From Hormiphora californensis (taxonomy: Eukaryota; Animalia; Ctenophora), in the NCBI GenBank assembly GCA_020137815.1, contig CM035356.1, forward strand, positions 6,696,001 to 6,760,000: 64,000 nt of DNA. The letters are read 5' to 3'. The stretch's first letter is position 1; each line of letters starts with the position of its first letter. This document shows, in pieces, positions 23,676 through 64,000 of the stretch. The notes under the pieces were generated by a model, which was given only the letters and a program-made list of their open reading frames with translations, did not search any database and had not been told where the DNA came from. Made by a program: the position numbers and the translations under genes.

Positions 23676-25059
23676 CAGTCGGACCCCGATTTAACGGCAC
23701 CCTCGGGGGAAAGGGTTTGGATCCATCGCATCCTATTCTCGCTCCGCGAATAATAGGATCCCGGCCCGTTGAGAGCAAGAACTCACGTGCGCGCAATATA
23801 AAGCACGTTTTCAGCAGATCGCGCGTGATAGACCGTTTTTGGAGACCTTTTTAGCTGACCTAGCACTACTCAAAGGTCAATTATGGCCTCATTTCGCATC
23901 GTGATGAATCGGCGGGTATTTTCCCATACTCACAAGGCCATGACGACTCCCCCAGTACCCGCAGATTGTCCCAGGACCGAGTAGGAGCTTGCAGCCAGGT
24001 CTTTAAAGAATTGCTCATGTTTAGCGTCAATTTTGACCCACTATTCCTCAAATGCTGAAACTCGCGGGTATTTTCCGTAAAACTAGAGACAATTGTCTGC
24101 CAGGAGCAACAAACGAGATGCAAATCGGTTCAGTAGTTCCTTGCAGCCAGGTCTTTGAAAAAGTTTGCTCTAAAATCAATAACGCGCCGGAGGCCTAGAT
24201 GTGAGATCGATCTCGGTCGCTGCGCGACCTCGATCTCACTCAGGCATCAATGTGGCCAAGGAAAGGGTTATGTCCGTTAAATCGGGGTGTCCGTTAAATC
24301 GGGGTAGGGCATATTTGGCCCATAAAATCCTATTTTTGTCCAAAATGCTCTACTAAAACACCTCTAAGTGTTAAATGCTATGTCCATGTATTGATTACAT
24401 GATCATTTCTGATTAGAAAAAGAAAATAATTTTTTTTAAATCAAAAAAAGTAATAAAAATTTTCTAAGGTACAACCAAGTCCAAATCGTTTATCGAACCA
24501 GTGCATCTTATCGCATGTCTTGCTGCTAATTAGACGGTTCGAAACGAACCGATACGTGATACCATGCCGAATCTGGGCACTTTAAGCGGGGTGAGGAAGA
24601 ATTCGAATTTCAAAATATATTTTCCTCTGAAAATTCATGGGGAGCACCGATCAAAGCAATCATTCTTATCTGTAGAATTTTGCAAAAAAAGTTATGAAAT
24701 TTTTTCAAAGGTATATAAACCACGTCCGAACCATGTTTCGAATCAATGCATCTTATCGCACGTCCTGTCGTTAATTAGACGGTTCGAAACTAACCGATAC
24801 GTGATCCCCATGGGGCCAGTTTAACAAGCGTCAAAATTGCGACTCCATGGGCCTCATGGGGATCACATATCTGTTCGTTTCGAACCGTCTAATTACCGGC
24901 AAGACATGCAATAAGGTGCACCGATTCGAAACACGATTCGGACGTGATTACACCTTTGAAAAATTTCAAAAAAATTCCAAAAAATTTTTGGGGGAAATTT
25001 ATCCTGCCGTTAAATCGGGGTGCCGCTAAATCGGGGGCCGTTAAATCGGGGTCCGACTG
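23676..25059. mobile_element. Tc1/mariner-type MITE (CAGTCGGACCCCGATTTAACGG TIR), copy 1
   Basis: TIRs, TA flanks, near-identical to 51888-52727 apart from the nested insertion. Confidence 0.9.
23717..24259. mobile_element. MULE-like insertion (TTGG...CCAA) inside a Tc1-type MITE
   Basis: 9-bp TSD GGAAAGGGT; the paralogous MITE at 51888 has the empty site. Confidence 0.8.
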
Positions 25060-25972
25060 TAATAAGGAGGGGAGCACACTTATTTTTTAGGTTTAACTTT
25101 AAATTATGGCATAATTTAGGCCTTAAATCTAGAAAAGAATTGTGTTCCGGCCCTTCTTATATATCCATCATCTTTATACAGTTAAACCTTTTCTTTCCCA
25201 AGAGAATTCAGCGAGCTCTTTCATTAAATAAATAAGAAATTGATGAGAAAAGGGGAAAAAGAATATGCTTCGCCGAAAAAAAAACTACAATATTTCTAGC
25301 ACAGTTCGTCGGATATATATATTTTTATTAATTCTCAACCGCTTTCACCGTTACAAACCAACATAAAATATATTCTTAAAGTGCTATCTCTCTTCGTATA
25401 TCGCCGTTGAAACTTTTCTTAGTTCTCTCAACCAGAGAGAGATATTGCGAGAGATCACTTTTGTTCTCAATTGGAGAGAGAGATATTGCGAGATCACACC
25501 TCAGATCTCACTTCTTTTCGGTCTTTGTTATGAGTTCGGCGAGGGAGTTCGGCACTACTAACGGTGTGGCTGAAAAGGGAGAGAGGTGTTACTAGGGAAA
25601 GAGAGAGGTGTTACCAGGGAAAGAGAGAGAGAGAGAGTGTGTTACCATGGTAACCACAGACAAGCATATAAAAAGGGGGACAGTTACGGGATCGCCCCAA
25701 GCAAAGACCGGCCGGGGGAGAGGGAGGATAAGGGGGTTGCTATTCTCTCCCTCGAGAGAGGTTGTTATGTTCTAACCCTCCTCCTCATTTCCGCGGGTAG
25801 AGCGCATGGAAAGAGGGTAGAGCAAGGCAAGAGAGGGGGTTGGGACTGAGTAGTACCAGTCTTGCCGCTACCCAATTACAGGGTCTATGGATATAACTTA
25901 ACCCTTTCGGTAGGGTTAAGTCTTTTGGTATGAAGGAAGCGAGACATAAAAGAGGGGAGATAGGGAGAGAGA

Positions 25973-26034
<62 letters not shown>

Positions 26035-26322
26035 GTGAGGGGGAAACAAAGATAGTGTTTGTCGGCACTGTTCACAAACGCGGCGTCGGACCGATTTAGC
26101 CTAACAATATTGTTGGCTGGGTTATCGGGGGGAACACATCTCTCAACCTCCCCGGCCTTTGAGTATCCGCTGTAGCCGCGGTACACACACATACACAGAG
26201 TTGTAAGGGGTGAGACACACAGAGTTGTAAGAGGGGTGAGACACACAGAGAGTTTGAGGCTGGGAGGTCATACCGGAGAAGTCCGCGAAGATAAACCCCG
26301 AAAAGCAGAGTGTGTGGAGGGA

Positions 26323-26382
<60 letters not shown>

Positions 26383-27136
26383 AAAGAGAGAAAAAAGAAA
26401 GAGAGAGAAAAGAAACTTGCAGGGCTGAATTACCTGTTGCGCTAGGTGAGATTGAAGAGGGCGGCGTCAGAGCTCTCTTTTCTTGGATGCCCGGTATAAC
26501 TGAAAGAGGTTGGTTTTAGACCGGGGAAATAGACAACAACCAGAGGGTTCATAAAGTGATATAAAGGCAGATATGCAGATTGTGGGGCTGGAGGGAGAGA
26601 GAGAGGGGGAGAGAGGGGACGGTGAACTATGTATAGGAGGGGGAGGCTACTTATAAAAACCAACTACCCGCCGTCACCCCCACAAGCGAATGGGTAAATG
26701 GTGGCGACTGCTAGACTAACCCACTACCCTTTTATGATGACGCAGCCCCTCTTTCCGCACTCAATTCATCATCCCGCCCACTCTCCATGCCTCATCATTC
26801 CTCCCCAACTCTCCATCCCCCTCCTCATGGGGATGTCTCACCACGTACTCAGGGGCTACGCTAAGGGCGAGACTCATCTTAGTGCGATGCGGTGGGGCGG
26901 TTCACAGCTGTGCATAGTCGCGGTGCTCTCTATCGACTATCTATCTATCTATCTATCTATCTATCGCAATCTCTCTCTCTCTCTCTCTCCCTATCTCTCT
27001 CTCTCTCCCTATCTCTCTCTTTATCTTCCTTACTTTTACTGCGTCAATACATGCGCAAATAATATATGCCCAACATTCTCCGTCTCGCTTCTCACCTCTT
27101 TCTCTGTTTTCCTATCTCTCTCTCTGATCTCTCTCT

Positions 27137-27180
<44 letters not shown>

Positions 27181-27525
27181 CCCACCCTCATCCCTCGCCG
27201 AAACACCACTACAACTGCGATGTATCCTTTGTCTCGCACATCTTAAGCTCAATGCGACAATTATTCTTTACGTATCTCGGAGAGAGAAACAGAAAGAGTA
27301 TATCAATAATGTTATTATACTTTATCAAACACCCCGCTATCACTGTCAGACCATCGGCCTAACCATATTCTCAACTCTTTCAAAAAAGCGCCAGAACAGT
27401 GGCCAGACAACTGGTCTGACAGCGCTATCAAAAGAACTCCCCTTCTCAGTACCTAGTATAAAAGAGCAACCAAAACCAAATAAAACTAAACTGTATCACC
27501 CCGCTATATCATCCCAATTCCTTAC

Positions 27526-63234
<35,709 letters not shown>

Positions 63235-63490
63235 ACTAGCAAGGTTGTTATTGTTAGAGGGATGGAGTTTAGAGGGGTGGTGGGCATTAACAATTCAGGC
63301 TTCGATGTAATTTAGCAATTGATATCAAATATTAATACAAACACAGAACAACACAAATAAACATCAAAAAGTCTCAATAGTAAATACATAAAGTAGCAAT
63401 AATAAACTCTGATAATTTTGTTCAGGATCAATTATACACTGCAGCCTATACTAAATAGGCTGTATATCCTGGTGGGTTATAATTATAATA

Positions 63491-63997
63491 CTAGATCTGG
63501 TTTTCCTGAATCTGACCAACACTACTCCCCTGGTCTTGTACCGGGTACCCCACTATTTGCCGCATACTCCTGCTAAATTCAATCAGTGGTTGCTTGCAAG
63601 ACTTGGCGCAGTACCAAATTAATGGAAGGGTAAATGCAAGAAAGACAGCTCCGGGGACCACCACTGAGACAACACCTTTCCAGATGGCATAATCCTCTGC
63701 GGTGGATAACATTATTTTGCTATCTGTACCCCAACATATAAAACTGTGATTTCCATAGTCATCGTAAAATCTATCCCATTTGCGTTTTACCTCTCCCGTA
63801 CTGATTTGCGTGGTTTTCATTTCACAATAATTGGGAGTGTAAAAACAGCCATCTTTCACGGCGTCCAAATTCCAGGAAAGAAGTGCCTTAATTTCAACAT
63901 AATTCTCCGAATCATCGTCCCTCAAAAAAGTAGATAGAGCCCTCACACAAGGATAGAGATTGTTACAAGACGTCCCATCACAGTCACATCCAACCAT
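63491..63997 (-). CDS. Membrane protein resembling BK channel beta subunit (KCNMB/CaKB, TipE-related): Cys-rich loop plus C-terminal TM helix; 5' end outside window
   Basis: CDCDGTSCNNLYPCVR...GCFYTPNYC...HSFICW...VVSVVVPGAVFLAFTLPLIWYC parallels KCNMB C..C...QYPCLQV...KCSYIPKC...HFPCY...LFWP-TM. The ORF is open to the window edge. Confidence 0.6.
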   Translation of the reverse strand: MVGCDCDGTSCNNLYPCVRALSTFLRDDDSENYVEIKALLSWNLDAVKDGCFYTPNYCEMKTTQISTGEVKRKWDRFYDDYGNHSFICWGTDSKIMLSTAEDYAIWKGVVSVVVPGAVFLAFTLPLIWYCAKSCKQPLIEFSRSMRQIVGYPVQDQGSSVGQIQENQI

Positions 63998-64000
63998 AGC

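Noticed and set aside
26097-26170. Candidate TRIP11 terminal exon (cag|CGGATACT...GGCTAA)
   Set aside because: It is phase-compatible but has no homology support; left unassigned.

Overview
Eukaryotic (animal) genomic DNA with GT-AG introns, dense (GA)n/(CT)n microsatellites and many small transposons. The repeat families, e.g. the MITE translating as EPTETSKQPIRTRYLGHVTGYQPIRDQYFLIRSVP, resemble ones I recall from ctenophore (Pleurobrachia-like) gene models; this is unverified. Four minus-strand genes are supported. (1) The 5' part of a coronin-7 gene (ATG 7645, runs off the window start). (2) A TRIP11/GMAP-210 golgin with 29 traced exons (63234 to at least 27526). (3) A FLYWCH, MULE-transposase-derived gene (33752-35155) nested on the same strand in the 18 kb TRIP11 intron. 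(4) The 3' part of a BK-channel beta (KCNMB/CaKB)-like protein ending ~257 bp upstream of TRIP11. The most unusual signals are: tandem arrays that amplify the splice junctions themselves, some forming AG|GT recursive-type sites; a 23-bp transposon-like unit with 8-bp TSDs and its 70-80 bp parent; ~70-bp MULE-like MITEs with 9-bp TSDs; a hairpin-rich element whose interior is the reverse complement of its own circle junction; and a TTAA-flanked 3.3 kb fold-back element. Several stretches (~100-360, ~12400-15330, ~17460-19850, ~53640-54130, ~55980-56300) look like low-accuracy consensus, and the single-base frameshifts in TRIP11 are probably sequencing errors. Most entries in the ORF track are repeat-derived and spurious.
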